Shown: piece after piece, positions 1 through 7,601 of the stretch
How positions within the stretch are numbered: the stretch's first letter is position 1
Layout: each line of letters begins with the position of its first letter
Source: a virus
Taxonomy: Duplodnaviria; Caudoviricetes
Length of the DNA stretch: 57,928 bases
Virus record (IMG/VR): IMGVR_UViG_3300038312_000096
Span: 1-57,928 of that record
Direction: 5' to 3' (one strand)
The notes under the pieces: model-generated
The model's input: only the letters and a program-made list of their open reading frames with translations
Databases searched by the model: none
What the model was told of the DNA's origin: nothing
Program-made: the position numbers and the translations under genes

Positions 1-66
1 GGCTAGCCTAGCCGCTAACCAAGCATCTTCACTAATCAACACATTAATTCTCTTAGTCTTAGCCAT
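1..66 (-). CDS. 5' end of a gene identical to the start of 39675..40373 (MAKTKRINVLISEDAWLAARLA), truncated by window edge
   Basis: Identical DNA; AAGGAGG RBS. Confidence 0.85.
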   Translation of the reverse strand, partial: MAKTKRINVLISEDAWLAARLA

Positions 67-102
67 TGCTTTTCCTCCTTAGAGGGGCGCTAGGCCCCTC
101 GG
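1..102 (+). repeat. Direct repeat copy 1 (partner at 40308-40409)
   Basis: Bases 1-88 identical to 40308-40395; the hairpin that follows has the same stem. Confidence 0.97.
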
Positions 103-103
103 C

Positions 104-958
104 TTAATATGTGTGTACTCGCTCTTCTTTGGTTGTGCCGTCTTGCATTGCATAGACAACGATAATGTCGATTGAGCATTCTTCTCTAGGGTCGTTGCAC
201 TCTTCGCTGTATCTGTATAGTTCGACTGGTTTTCCGGTGGCTTTAGCTTCGTCAAACTTAGCTTGCTTCTCAGTTTCTTTCTCTGCTTTAGCTTTTGCTT
301 TAACTTCTAGTGCTGGCTTTGCGTATTCTTCAGCTTGCTGGTAGGTGAACTCTTCGCCTAGCGCTTCTACTGCATCGTCGTTAACACTTGTTCCCCAACC
401 AGATACTTCGTGAGCCAGGCCTAATTCTATTAGTAGGTCGGCTGCCTTTTCGTTGTAAACTTTCCAACCGCTTAAGTATTCGCCATCATGGTAGGTTGCT
501 TTGATTGTAGTTTTGCCACTCATTAGATTGTCCATTTCTTCTTTGTCTTTGCGTTCTTTCTCCGCGTAGTATTCTTGCTTTAGCTGGCTCTCTAGTTCTT
601 TTAGTTCGGTCAAGAAAGGTTCTGGTACCTTAAGTCCTTTAAGGTCTTTGCCATTTGCTGTAAATTCGAATCTCATTACTCCTCTGTAGCTGTCAAACTT
701 TGCGCCGCAGAAGAAGCCGTCGTTAATCTCGTTTTCTTCAATGCCAACCACTTTGTACTCTGCTTCCAGGATGTACGGATGCCACTCGAAATTCCTAAAC
801 TCAAACACGAAGCCGTTCTTTTCTATTCTCATTTCTGCACCCTCCTTGCGGGCCTCTGCCCAGGCTTCTTTTAGACCGAGGGAGATTCTGGCTCTATAGT
901 GGCCCTCGTATGTTTTTGCTAGTTGATGAGCTCTTTTCATGATTTCTCTTTTAGTCAT
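104..958 (-). CDS. Hypothetical early protein (284 aa), possible internal start at 832
   Basis: RBS GAGGGGG before ATG 958; second RBS AAGGAGG before in-frame ATG 832. Confidence 0.8.
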   Translation of the reverse strand: MTKREIMKRAHQLAKTYEGHYRARISLGLKEAWAEARKEGAEMRIEKNGFVFEFRNFEWHPYILEAEYKVVGIEENEINDGFFCGAKFDSYRGVMRFEFTANGKDLKGLKVPEPFLTELKELESQLKQEYYAEKERKDKEEMDNLMSGKTTIKATYHDGEYLSGWKVYNEKAADLLIELGLAHEVSGWGTSVNDDAVEALGEEFTYQQAEEYAKPALEVKAKAKAEKETEKQAKFDEAKATGKPVELYRYSEECNDPREECSIDIIVVYAMQDGTTKEERVHTY

Positions 959-972
959 TTTTCTTCTCCCCC

Positions 973-1219
973 TCGCTCTTTCTGATTTCATTATAACATG
1001 ACGTGCGTATGTAGTCAAGCACAAATGCACAAATATTTAAAAATAGTTTATATCAAATAAAAAAGCCCCGCGGGTAGGCGGAGCATGTCCTAAAATTTGG
1101 CTATTTACGTGAGGGAAACAAATGTTTTCTGCAATTTCAGAAGCCATCAGGTATAATTACATAGCTTGTACTTTGAAAATGCGTTAAATCGCTTTCTGTA
1201 GCGTATTCCCAGCTAGAAG
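973..1219 (+). repeat. Direct repeat copy 1 (~247 bp; partner at 40670-40916) containing promoter, hairpin and periodic element
   Basis: Near-identical to about 1180, then diverged but collinear. Confidence 0.95.
990..1018 (-). promoter_or_regulatory. Strong sigmaA promoter of the leftward accessory operon
   Basis: TTGACT-17-TATAAT with TG extension; conserved at 40687-40715. Confidence 0.85.
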
Positions 1220-1885
1220 CCCTGATATTCCAAAGGATTGCAAGAGATCGCTGTAAAGATGCCACAAAGTAGACGCAGTTGCCCCTTGTATGTATAACTT
1301 GCCAGACTTTTTAACACACTTCGCTTTTAGAAATAAATTATTGTAAGACGCTTTCCCTAAAAGTGGCTTAACTTGCTCGCAAATATCCTCCCAAACGAAA
1401 GCTACATCTTCTACAGTTTCTGTAATGGCGTTTCTCATGTTTCTAAGCACAGCACAGAAATATCCAACTAAAGAGCGAGGCTTCCTCATTATAGCTATTC
1501 TCGCAGCTTCTTCGATCATAGCAGGATCGTCTACTCTAGCGTTTCTGATAGCTTGCCTTATGCGTTGAGGTGAAGAAGATAGAAGACGAGCCGTTATCGA
1601 TACGACGTTTTCGTCTATAGTATCTATATTATTATATATAGATATATTGATCTGATCTACCGACAATTTTGTCGCAGTTATCAACAAGCCCTCTACACTC
1701 TCAATTACACCGACTGAATACAGTTCTTTTAGCTGACGCTCCACCGTTCGAACCGACTTCCCGACTTCGCCAGCAAGTTCTTCTTTGGTACGCACCCCAG
1801 CATCGATTAGTTGAGCGAGATATGCCGACTGTTGAGAGATACGGCCAGCTTTAACCAATTCTCTAACGGTGTTGAAAAAAGACAC
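1184..1885 (-). CDS. Plasmid-type replication initiator (N-terminal HTH)
   Basis: HTH TKEELAGEVGKSVRTVERQLKEL; next to parA; GTG start with AAGGGGG RBS; internal AT-rich palindromic tract at 1600-1675. Confidence 0.65.
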   Translation of the reverse strand: MSFFNTVRELVKAGRISQQSAYLAQLIDAGVRTKEELAGEVGKSVRTVERQLKELYSVGVIESVEGLLITATKLSVDQINISIYNNIDTIDENVVSITARLLSSSPQRIRQAIRNARVDDPAMIEEAARIAIMRKPRSLVGYFCAVLRNMRNAITETVEDVAFVWEDICEQVKPLLGKASYNNLFLKAKCVKKSGKLYIQGATASTLWHLYSDLLQSFGISGLLAGNTLQKAI

Positions 1886-1915
1886 AAAAATACCCCCTTG
1901 CAATTTAAGAGGGTA
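1886..1915 (-). terminator. Attenuator hairpin that also sequesters the rep RBS
   Basis: TACCCTCTT-aaattgc-AAGGGGGTA followed by TTTTT just before the GTG. Confidence 0.7.
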
Positions 1916-1926
1916 CATGATACAAT
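1898..1926 (+). promoter_or_regulatory. Promoter of antisense (counter-transcribed) RNA
   Basis: TTGCAA-17-TACAAT with TG extension, convergent on the rep leader. Confidence 0.7.
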
Positions 1927-1932
1927 ATCATC

Positions 1933-1994
1933 ACAACTTAGATATTACATCAGTACCAGAACCACCTAGCGGCTAACTAGGTGGTTTTCTCTTT
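1933..1994 (+). ncRNA. Putative copy-control antisense RNA (~60 nt)
   Basis: Promoter upstream; terminator AACCACCTAG-cggctaa-CTAGGTGGTT plus T-rich tail; complementary to the rep leader. Confidence 0.65.
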
Positions 1995-2000
1995 GTCCTC

Positions 2001-2029
2001 ATTTTCCCATTTAAAACTGTCTTTGTCAA
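2001..2029 (-). promoter_or_regulatory. Putative rep promoter
   Basis: TTGACA-17-GAAAAT with TG extension. Confidence 0.5.
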
Positions 2030-2088
2030 GTTGTTTTCTGAATTTATTATACATTAATTAATATATATTAGCTATTACTTATTAGCTA

Positions 2089-2505
2089 TTAACTAATAGA
2101 ACGTAGGTGATTAATTAATAACTTAATCAATTCCTGGTACAATTCTTTCTCCGACAACCCTTTCAGATGGCTCTCCCAGCCGTCTGGCAGAGTTCGCACA
2201 ACCTCTCCTAACACCAACATGGCTATATTCCATATATTGCCTGTTGTCATGTTGCCTCGACGGTATGGTCTATCTAGCTTACTGCTTATCTCATTTAGTA
2301 CATACTCTGCTCCTCGACACACTTCTTGTGAAGTCACTCCCCAGGTTTCGGCTTTGGCCTCAAATAATGTCTGTATGCCAGAGACGGTATCAAACCCTTC
2401 TAGGTGACTCTGTTCCTCTTTTGGGTCATCTTTGCTTAATAAAGCATTTCGATTAGCATTAGCGAATAGTGGATTATTAGAAAGTAGCTCTTTAATATCT
2501 GCCAT
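2089..2505 (-). CDS. Small ParA partner (putative centromere-binding protein)
   Basis: Directly downstream of parA; N-terminal unstructured-looking segment. Confidence 0.55.
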   Translation of the reverse strand: MADIKELLSNNPLFANANRNALLSKDDPKEEQSHLEGFDTVSGIQTLFEAKAETWGVTSQEVCRGAEYVLNEISSKLDRPYRRGNMTTGNIWNIAMLVLGEVVRTLPDGWESHLKGLSEKELYQELIKLLINHLRSIS

Positions 2506-2507
2506 TT

Positions 2508-3278
2508 TTATTGCTCCCTAGAAATTATTTCATCTGCTAGTGCTTGATAGTCTGTTGCCCCATTAGAGCTAGGCTCATAACCAATAACGGACTGGCCTGC
2601 CGAGGGCGATTCTTTCACTTTTACATTCTTTCGCACGACTGACTTAAAAACAATGTCTCCAAAAAAAGCCCTCGTCTGGTCCTCAGTCCCTTTAGTAATT
2701 TTTTCCCTAGAATCATACATAGTCAAAAATACTCCTGTTATAGCCAAATTACGATTGATGGCTCTCTTTACCTGGTCGATCGTGTTAGTAAGCTCGACTA
2801 TTCCTTCTAAGGCGTAGTAAGAGCAATCTACTGGCACATACACATCAGTCGATGCGGCGAAAGCGTTAATAGTTAATAGACCAAGTGACGGAGGACAATC
2901 AATAATAATATAGTCGTACTTTTTGCTCATCCTAGAAAGTGCATCTTTTAACTTTAATTCTCTGCTCATCATCTGAAAAAGGGTGATCTCTGCACCAGAT
3001 AATTGAATGTTGCTTGGTACTATGTCTACGCCTTCTGCTGTGGGTAAGATAGCTTTTTCTAGGGGGAAGTCATCCTCCACTAAAACATGGTACATACTTT
3101 TTTGCAGTTTGTACTTATCAATCCCAAAGCCAGTCGTTGCATTACCTTGGGGATCAGAATCGATCACCAACACCCTTTTATCTCTCTTAGCCAGCCCAAC
3201 AGCGATATTGATCGCACTAGTTGTCTTTCCGACGCCGCCTTTTTGATTGCTAATGGAAATAATTCTCACTGTAGCCAC
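2508..3278 (-). CDS. parA: ParA/Soj partition ATPase
   Basis: Deviant Walker A KGGVGKTT, DSDPQGN, IIIDCPPSLG. Confidence 0.95.
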   Translation of the reverse strand: MATVRIISISNQKGGVGKTTSAINIAVGLAKRDKRVLVIDSDPQGNATTGFGIDKYKLQKSMYHVLVEDDFPLEKAILPTAEGVDIVPSNIQLSGAEITLFQMMSRELKLKDALSRMSKKYDYIIIDCPPSLGLLTINAFAASTDVYVPVDCSYYALEGIVELTNTIDQVKRAINRNLAITGVFLTMYDSREKITKGTEDQTRAFFGDIVFKSVVRKNVKVKESPSAGQSVIGYEPSSNGATDYQALADEIISREQ

Positions 3279-3289
3279 CTCCTAGCAAC

Positions 3290-3396
3290 TATTATATATT
3301 ATCTATTAGCTAATAGCTATTAAATAATAAGAGGGCTTGTATAATAATTAATAACTAATAGGTAATGTATAATAATTAATAACTAATAAATAATAG
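3290..3396. repeat. AT-rich parS-like repeats upstream of parA
   Basis: TGTATAATAATTAATAACTAATA at 3338-3360 and 3366-3388; TATTAGCTA and TAACTAATA motifs also at 2066-2099. Confidence 0.6.
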
Positions 3397-3399
3397 AAA

Positions 3400-3417
3400 A
3401 CCTCCCCGAAGGGAGGC
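3400..3417 (-). terminator. Intrinsic terminator after the small peptide gene
   Basis: CCTCCC-cgaa-GGGAGG stem with T run on the minus strand. Confidence 0.7.
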
Positions 3418-3525
3418 TTATAGTTTATCGAGGTCGTCCTGTTTGATTACCTGGCTACGCTTTTCTTCCTTTTCTATAACAATAATAAGTACACTACACC
3501 CAATAACAACGGAGATAATTTTCAC
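3418..3525 (-). CDS. 35-aa peptide MKIISVVIGCSVLIIVIEKEEKRSQVIKQDDLDKL (not in ORF track)
   Basis: GGAGGTG RBS, GTG start, own promoter and terminator. Confidence 0.65.
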   Translation of the reverse strand: MKIISVVIGCSVLIIVIEKEEKRSQVIKQDDLDKL

Positions 3526-3537
3526 AAGCGACACCTC

Positions 3538-3586
3538 CGAATGTATGTTCGCTTATAATATTCACCTTGGGAACGCTTATTCCTTC
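3538..3586 (-). promoter_or_regulatory. SigmaH-like promoter with LexA (Cheo) box near the start site
   Basis: AGGA-17-GAAT at 3584-3560; CGAACATACATTCG at 3551-3538, close to CGAAC-N4-GTTCG. Confidence 0.65.
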
Positions 3587-3943
3587 TTATATATTATTTG
3601 ACGCCCTCCAAAGCCGTATCACTCTCGCCACTTCTGCTTGGCGATCTTCTGACAAGTCTTTGATCTGGTCCCAAATTGCCTTCATAGCCGGTGTGGACTT
3701 GATCATGTCTAGGAATAATCTATCTTCCCTAACAATCTCTTCTGCCTTAGGTGCGCCAATCAGATATTGCACCGTCACCCCTAGAGCATCGGCGAGTTTA
3801 TTCAAAGTCTCAACCGTCGGTGTCCTTTTTCCGTTTTCGATCTGACTTATATATGCGTAACTGAGATTAGTCTTGTCGGCTAAATCTCTTATAGTCATAT
3901 TCCTTTGTAGCCTTAGCTTTCTGACAATGTCCCCTAGCTCCAT
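3587..3943 (-). CDS. cI: Xre-family phage repressor without S24 autoprotease domain
   Basis: HTH MTIRDLADKTNLSYAYISQIENGKRTP; divergent from the lytic operon. Confidence 0.85.
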   Translation of the reverse strand: MELGDIVRKLRLQRNMTIRDLADKTNLSYAYISQIENGKRTPTVETLNKLADALGVTVQYLIGAPKAEEIVREDRLFLDMIKSTPAMKAIWDQIKDLSEDRQAEVARVIRLWRASNNI

Positions 3944-3965
3944 TTTGTTCACCCCTTGTAAAGTC

Positions 3966-4044
3966 ATTTTACACTAATAGTTATACGAACGCAAGAAAAA
4001 GTTTTATGCTTATAGTTGACATTCAGTTAGCTATGCGTTATAAT
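3966..4044. promoter_or_regulatory. Divergent switch promoters of phage A
   Basis: Plus strand: perfect TTGACA-17-TATAAT at 4016-4044; minus strand: TTGCGT-17-TAAAAT toward cI. Confidence 0.8.
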
Positions 4045-4127
4045 AAAACCAGAGCCGAAAGAAACGGCTATTTTATAACGTTTGATGTTAACTGATAGCG
4101 AACAGAGAGTAAGCAGGAGGGAAAGAA

Positions 4128-4289
4128 ATGTATAAAATTTATCTTACTTGTTCGAGCGGAATTAGAAAGTTTAAAGGTTACGCTAATGACGAAAATGAGA
4201 TGATTCAGAAAGTAGACAAAATCTTGGCAGGTTCTAAAGGTGTAGTTGAGGTTATGAAATTCGGAGCGACAGTCCTATTAGCAGCCTAG
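4128..4289 (+). CDS. 53-aa first gene of the lytic operon, ending in LAA (not in ORF track)
   Basis: AGGAGG RBS; homolog at 45830-46003. Confidence 0.75.
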   Translation: MYKIYLTCSSGIRKFKGYANDENEMIQKVDKILAGSKGVVEVMKFGATVLLAA

Positions 4290-4300
4290 GAGGGGTAAAG

Positions 4301-4573
4301 GTGATTAAGCAATTCAAAGAATCTTTAGAGAAAGAGCTGGGGTGTGAGGTTCGCATAACAATCGACATCTTCGACACTTGTTATAGAGAGGAAGCAAACG
4401 CATCTACTATAGCAGCTAAACTCAAAGATATGTTCGAAGGAATACTCAATAAGCCTAAAACAGTGTTGGAGGTAAGCGGTGATTGCAAAACAAGATGGTT
4501 AAGAGTCCAAGGCGATTACCTTCCAGATGGCGGGGCAGTTGTATTTTTACCCGAAAAGGAGGATATGCAGTGA
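4301..4573 (+). CDS. Hypothetical protein
   Basis: RBS GGAGGGG; in operon. Confidence 0.7.
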   Translation: MIKQFKESLEKELGCEVRITIDIFDTCYREEANASTIAAKLKDMFEGILNKPKTVLEVSGDCKTRWLRVQGDYLPDGGAVVFLPEKEDMQ

Positions 4574-4785
4574 GCAGAGTTTATGTGCAAACAGAGTACC
4601 TTGGCGAAGAAGTGGCTGTCGCCGAGGATAGATGGACTAACGGAGTGTCAGCAATGTTCGGGAACATAGAAATAACAGGCACAGCAGAAGACATTATTCT
4701 GTTGGCCGAAAGACTTAAAACAGGAGCGGAAGCGGTTAAGATTACAAAGCAGGAGCGCAGAGAAAGGCTAGGATTAACGCCCTGA
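4570..4785 (+). CDS. Hypothetical protein; its stop codon lies in the ribozyme core
   Basis: AGGAGG RBS; GTGA overlap with the previous gene. Confidence 0.7.
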   Translation: MSRVYVQTEYLGEEVAVAEDRWTNGVSAMFGNIEITGTAEDIILLAERLKTGAEAVKITKQERRERLGLTP

Positions 4786-4832
4786 TGAGTACCAGTTGGC
4801 AACTGGTCGAAACGCCCTTCGGGGCGTCGGCG
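4778..4832 (+). ncRNA. Type I hammerhead ribozyme
   Basis: CGCC-CTGATGA-stem II (G.ACCAG/CTGGTC)-GAAA-stem III (CGCCC ttcg GGGCG)-TC-GGCG; GUC cleavage after 4828. Confidence 0.9.
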
Positions 4833-4854
4833 AAAGCCAGAGAGGAGAGATTGC

Positions 4855-5490
4855 ATGAACGTATTTGAGAAATTGCAGACAGCAAAAGTTCGCTTGCAGG
4901 GAAAAAACTTGAAGAAAACCGGCAAAAACGCATTCAGCAAATACGATTACTTTGAACTAGGGGACTTCCAGCCAACCGTCAACAGCATCTTCTTAGAGCT
5001 GAAGCTGTTTTCTTACGTAAGCTTCACTAGAGAGCTAGCTACCTTGACTGTAATAAACATCGAAAAGCCAGATGAAGTTGTTGTTGTAACATCACCTATG
5101 GAGGACGCAGACTTAAAAGGATGCCACCCAATTCAAAATCTAGGAGCAGTAGAAACATACCAGAGAAGATATTTATACATGGCAGCACTTGACATGGTTG
5201 AGTCAGATGCAATCGACGCAGGGCAGGCCGAGCTTAGCAAAACTAAAAAAAGAGACTTTAAGCAAGAGTATGTTGATAAAGCCGCTGAAACAGGATTCGA
5301 CCTAGAGGACTTACAAATTCTCGCAGAAGAAACAGCTAAATTCCAACTCAAGAAAGAAACTAAATGGAAAGACATTCCCGACAACGTTTTTAATACTTTA
5401 ATGAAACAGCTGGAGAGCGACGAGAAGATAGCTGGTGCTAGAGCTCTTGTCACTAAGATAAAGGAGGGTCAGAAAGATGGCGTTGCTTGA
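4855..5490 (+). CDS. erf: ERF-family single-strand annealing protein
   Basis: KTGKNAFSKYDYFEL and QNLGAVETYQRRYL motifs. Confidence 0.85.
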   Translation: MNVFEKLQTAKVRLQGKNLKKTGKNAFSKYDYFELGDFQPTVNSIFLELKLFSYVSFTRELATLTVINIEKPDEVVVVTSPMEDADLKGCHPIQNLGAVETYQRRYLYMAALDMVESDAIDAGQAELSKTKKRDFKQEYVDKAAETGFDLEDLQILAEETAKFQLKKETKWKDIPDNVFNTLMKQLESDEKIAGARALVTKIKEGQKDGVA

Positions 5491-6019
5491 GCAAGAATTT
5501 AACGAGTTCCTGGATGAGCAATTTCAGCCTCAAGATGAAAGCTGGCGGGTACGTTCGGATGACGAAGCTAGTTGGTGCCTTAGAAAGATCAAACACCTTC
5601 AAGAACAGCAAGCAGAAAGAGCAGCCTTCGTGCAGAGAGAGATTGACCGTCTTCGCACATGGCAGCAGGAGCAAGACGATAAAGAGGCTTCCTCTGTAGC
5701 GTTCTTCACTGTCAAGCTTCAAGAGTATTACCTCAACCTGGGCGAGAAGTTGAATGGCAAGAAGTCATATAAGTTGCCTTTCGGTACGTTGCAAATGAGA
5801 AAGAAGCCTGCGAAGTTAGAGAGAGACGATGAGAAGTTGATGGAATTAGCCCGGCCTCTAGGACTCGTGAAGGTAAAAGAGTCGCTAGACTGGGCAGAGT
5901 TAAAAAAGCAGTTAGTGATTGATGGCTATAAGGTAGTCAACAAAGAAACTGGTGAGTTAGTCGAAGGCATAACGGTTGTAGAGGCTGAGGGTGACGAGTT
6001 CAGTATCAAAGTAGATTAG
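5477..6019 (+). CDS. Gam-like host-nuclease inhibitor
   Basis: Coiled coil followed by KSYKLPFGTLQMRK and KESLDWAELKK. Confidence 0.75.
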   Translation: MALLEQEFNEFLDEQFQPQDESWRVRSDDEASWCLRKIKHLQEQQAERAAFVQREIDRLRTWQQEQDDKEASSVAFFTVKLQEYYLNLGEKLNGKKSYKLPFGTLQMRKKPAKLERDDEKLMELARPLGLVKVKESLDWAELKKQLVIDGYKVVNKETGELVEGITVVEAEGDEFSIKVD

Positions 6020-6053
6020 GGCGGTCAATCCGCCCTCTTAGGAGGGGTAGAAG

Positions 6054-6317
6054 ATGAGTGTTTTCTTAGGTAATTTATCCATTCACCAAATACAAGAACG
6101 ACTAGGTATAGAGTTGACTGCGGAAGAAGTTAAGTTTTTTGAGTCATCATGGCAAGAGAGAGCATCTGATATAGATCCTAACAAATGGCACTGCTTCGAT
6201 ATGCCTTTTATGCTAGCCTGCGGAAGTAGAGAGTTCGCAATAAAAGTATATGGTATTCTAGGCCAATATTCAGACCAAATGACGACCCAATTACAGGTCG
6301 GAGTAGAGGGGAGTTAA
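6054..6317 (+). CDS. Hypothetical protein
   Basis: Good RBS; in operon. Confidence 0.7.
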   Translation: MSVFLGNLSIHQIQERLGIELTAEEVKFFESSWQERASDIDPNKWHCFDMPFMLACGSREFAIKVYGILGQYSDQMTTQLQVGVEGS

Positions 6318-6355
6318 CGCAGGATAAAACAGTAGATTTCCAGGGAGGGGTAGAG

Positions 6356-6559
6356 ATGGTTATTTCCAAGAACTGCCTAGCCCTTGAAGTAGCGGGGCAG
6401 GTTGTCGCAGTCACTCCTGTAAAGGGCAGCTATGTGTGGGTTACAGAAGGAAGCAGTGGCAAGGAGAGTAATATACTAGAAGCGTTAAAGATGGCAGCAA
6501 TGCAAGCAAGGAGGGAAGAAGATGCGAGTTATAGAGTTCAGAGGCAAGAGGCTAGATAA
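6356..6559 (+). CDS. Hypothetical protein, homolog of 47791..47982
   Basis: EVAGQVVAV versus TVEGQVIAV; shared GKE.N and AA.QA.RE. Confidence 0.7.
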   Translation: MVISKNCLALEVAGQVVAVTPVKGSYVWVTEGSSGKESNILEALKMAAMQARREEDASYRVQRQEAR

Positions 6560-6950
6560 GGGTGGGTGGGTTTATGGCAATTTAGTTAGTGATGGCAAAA
6601 GGTATTTTATTATCTACGATAACGACATAACAGAATGTACTCGATACGGTGAACGATATATCGAAGCAAGCAGATACTTTGAGGTTGACCCCGAAACAGT
6701 AGGGCAGTGTACAGGGTTAAAAGACAAGAATGGTACTAAGATTTACGAGGGCGATATTATTAAAATATTTGGCATAGGATACAACTATGGTTACAGCCAG
6801 CAGATCGTGAGTGTATCTTGGGATGCTGAAAAAATGTGTTTTATGTGTGGCAAAAGCAAGAGTTTATATAATTATTCTACTATTAGTTGGGCAAAGATTG
6901 AAGTTATCGGTAACATTCACGACAACCCCGAACTTTTGGAGGTGGAGTAG
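6522..6950 (+). CDS. YopX-family protein
   Basis: EFRGKR..WVYG, TVGQCTGLKDKNG.KIYEGDI, EVIGNIHDNPELL. Confidence 0.9.
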   Translation: MRVIEFRGKRLDKGGWVYGNLVSDGKRYFIIYDNDITECTRYGERYIEASRYFEVDPETVGQCTGLKDKNGTKIYEGDIIKIFGIGYNYGYSQQIVSVSWDAEKMCFMCGKSKSLYNYSTISWAKIEVIGNIHDNPELLEVE

Positions 6951-7601
6951 ATGCCTAAGCCGATTATATTTAGCACCGAGATGGTGCAAGCAATATTAGA
7001 CAAAGGCAAATCAGTCACTAGGAGAATTGTAAAGCCACAACCACTAAAGTACCAAATCGGAGATATGCTTTATGTTAAAGAAACGTGGCGAATAGATGGT
7101 TGGGATATAGATGAACTAGTAATAGCAGTTGATTACAAAGCAGGAAACTGCAACAAACGAAAATGGATTTGCGTTGAAGACGAAGATATATTTTTAAGGT
7201 ATGTCGAACAATCGGCAGAAGATGCCGAAAAAAAGGGACTCGGTATTAATGAAAATGGAAAATATCATTGGAAACCAGGGGAATCCCCTACAAGATGGAG
7301 ATCGCCAATCCATATGTCTAAAGAACTAGCACGAATCTTTTTGAAAGTTACAGGTGTAAGAATCGAAAGATTACAAGATATAACGGAAGAGGGCGCTAGA
7401 GCAGAGGGGTTTTCTGTAAAAATACGCCATATAAAAACGCACGAAGGAAACAATTTTAACGGTAGCACTACGGCAAGGGAAGAGTTCGTTGGTTATTGGA
7501 ATAGCCTGAACGAAAAATCAGGTTGGGATTGGGATGCCAACCCATGGGTGTGGGTAATCGACTTTGAGAGGATTAGCAAGGAGGAGGCGTTAAATGCCTA
7601 G
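6951..7601 (+). CDS. ASCH/PUA-like phage protein
   Basis: KPIIFSTEMVQAIL..K.VTRR, WRSPIHM, ERLQDITEE.ARAEG, NPWVWV. Confidence 0.7.
   Translation: MPKPIIFSTEMVQAILDKGKSVTRRIVKPQPLKYQIGDMLYVKETWRIDGWDIDELVIAVDYKAGNCNKRKWICVEDEDIFLRYVEQSAEDAEKKGLGINENGKYHWKPGESPTRWRSPIHMSKELARIFLKVTGVRIERLQDITEEGARAEGFSVKIRHIKTHEGNNFNGSTTAREEFVGYWNSLNEKSGWDWDANPWVWVIDFERISKEEALNA

Noticed and set aside
1184-3278. N15-like linear phage-plasmid
   Set aside because: No protelomerase or long telRL palindrome seen
3418-3943. Canonical arbitrium or Rap-Phr system
   Set aside because: The adjacent regulator is a 118-aa Xre protein with no TPR receptor domain
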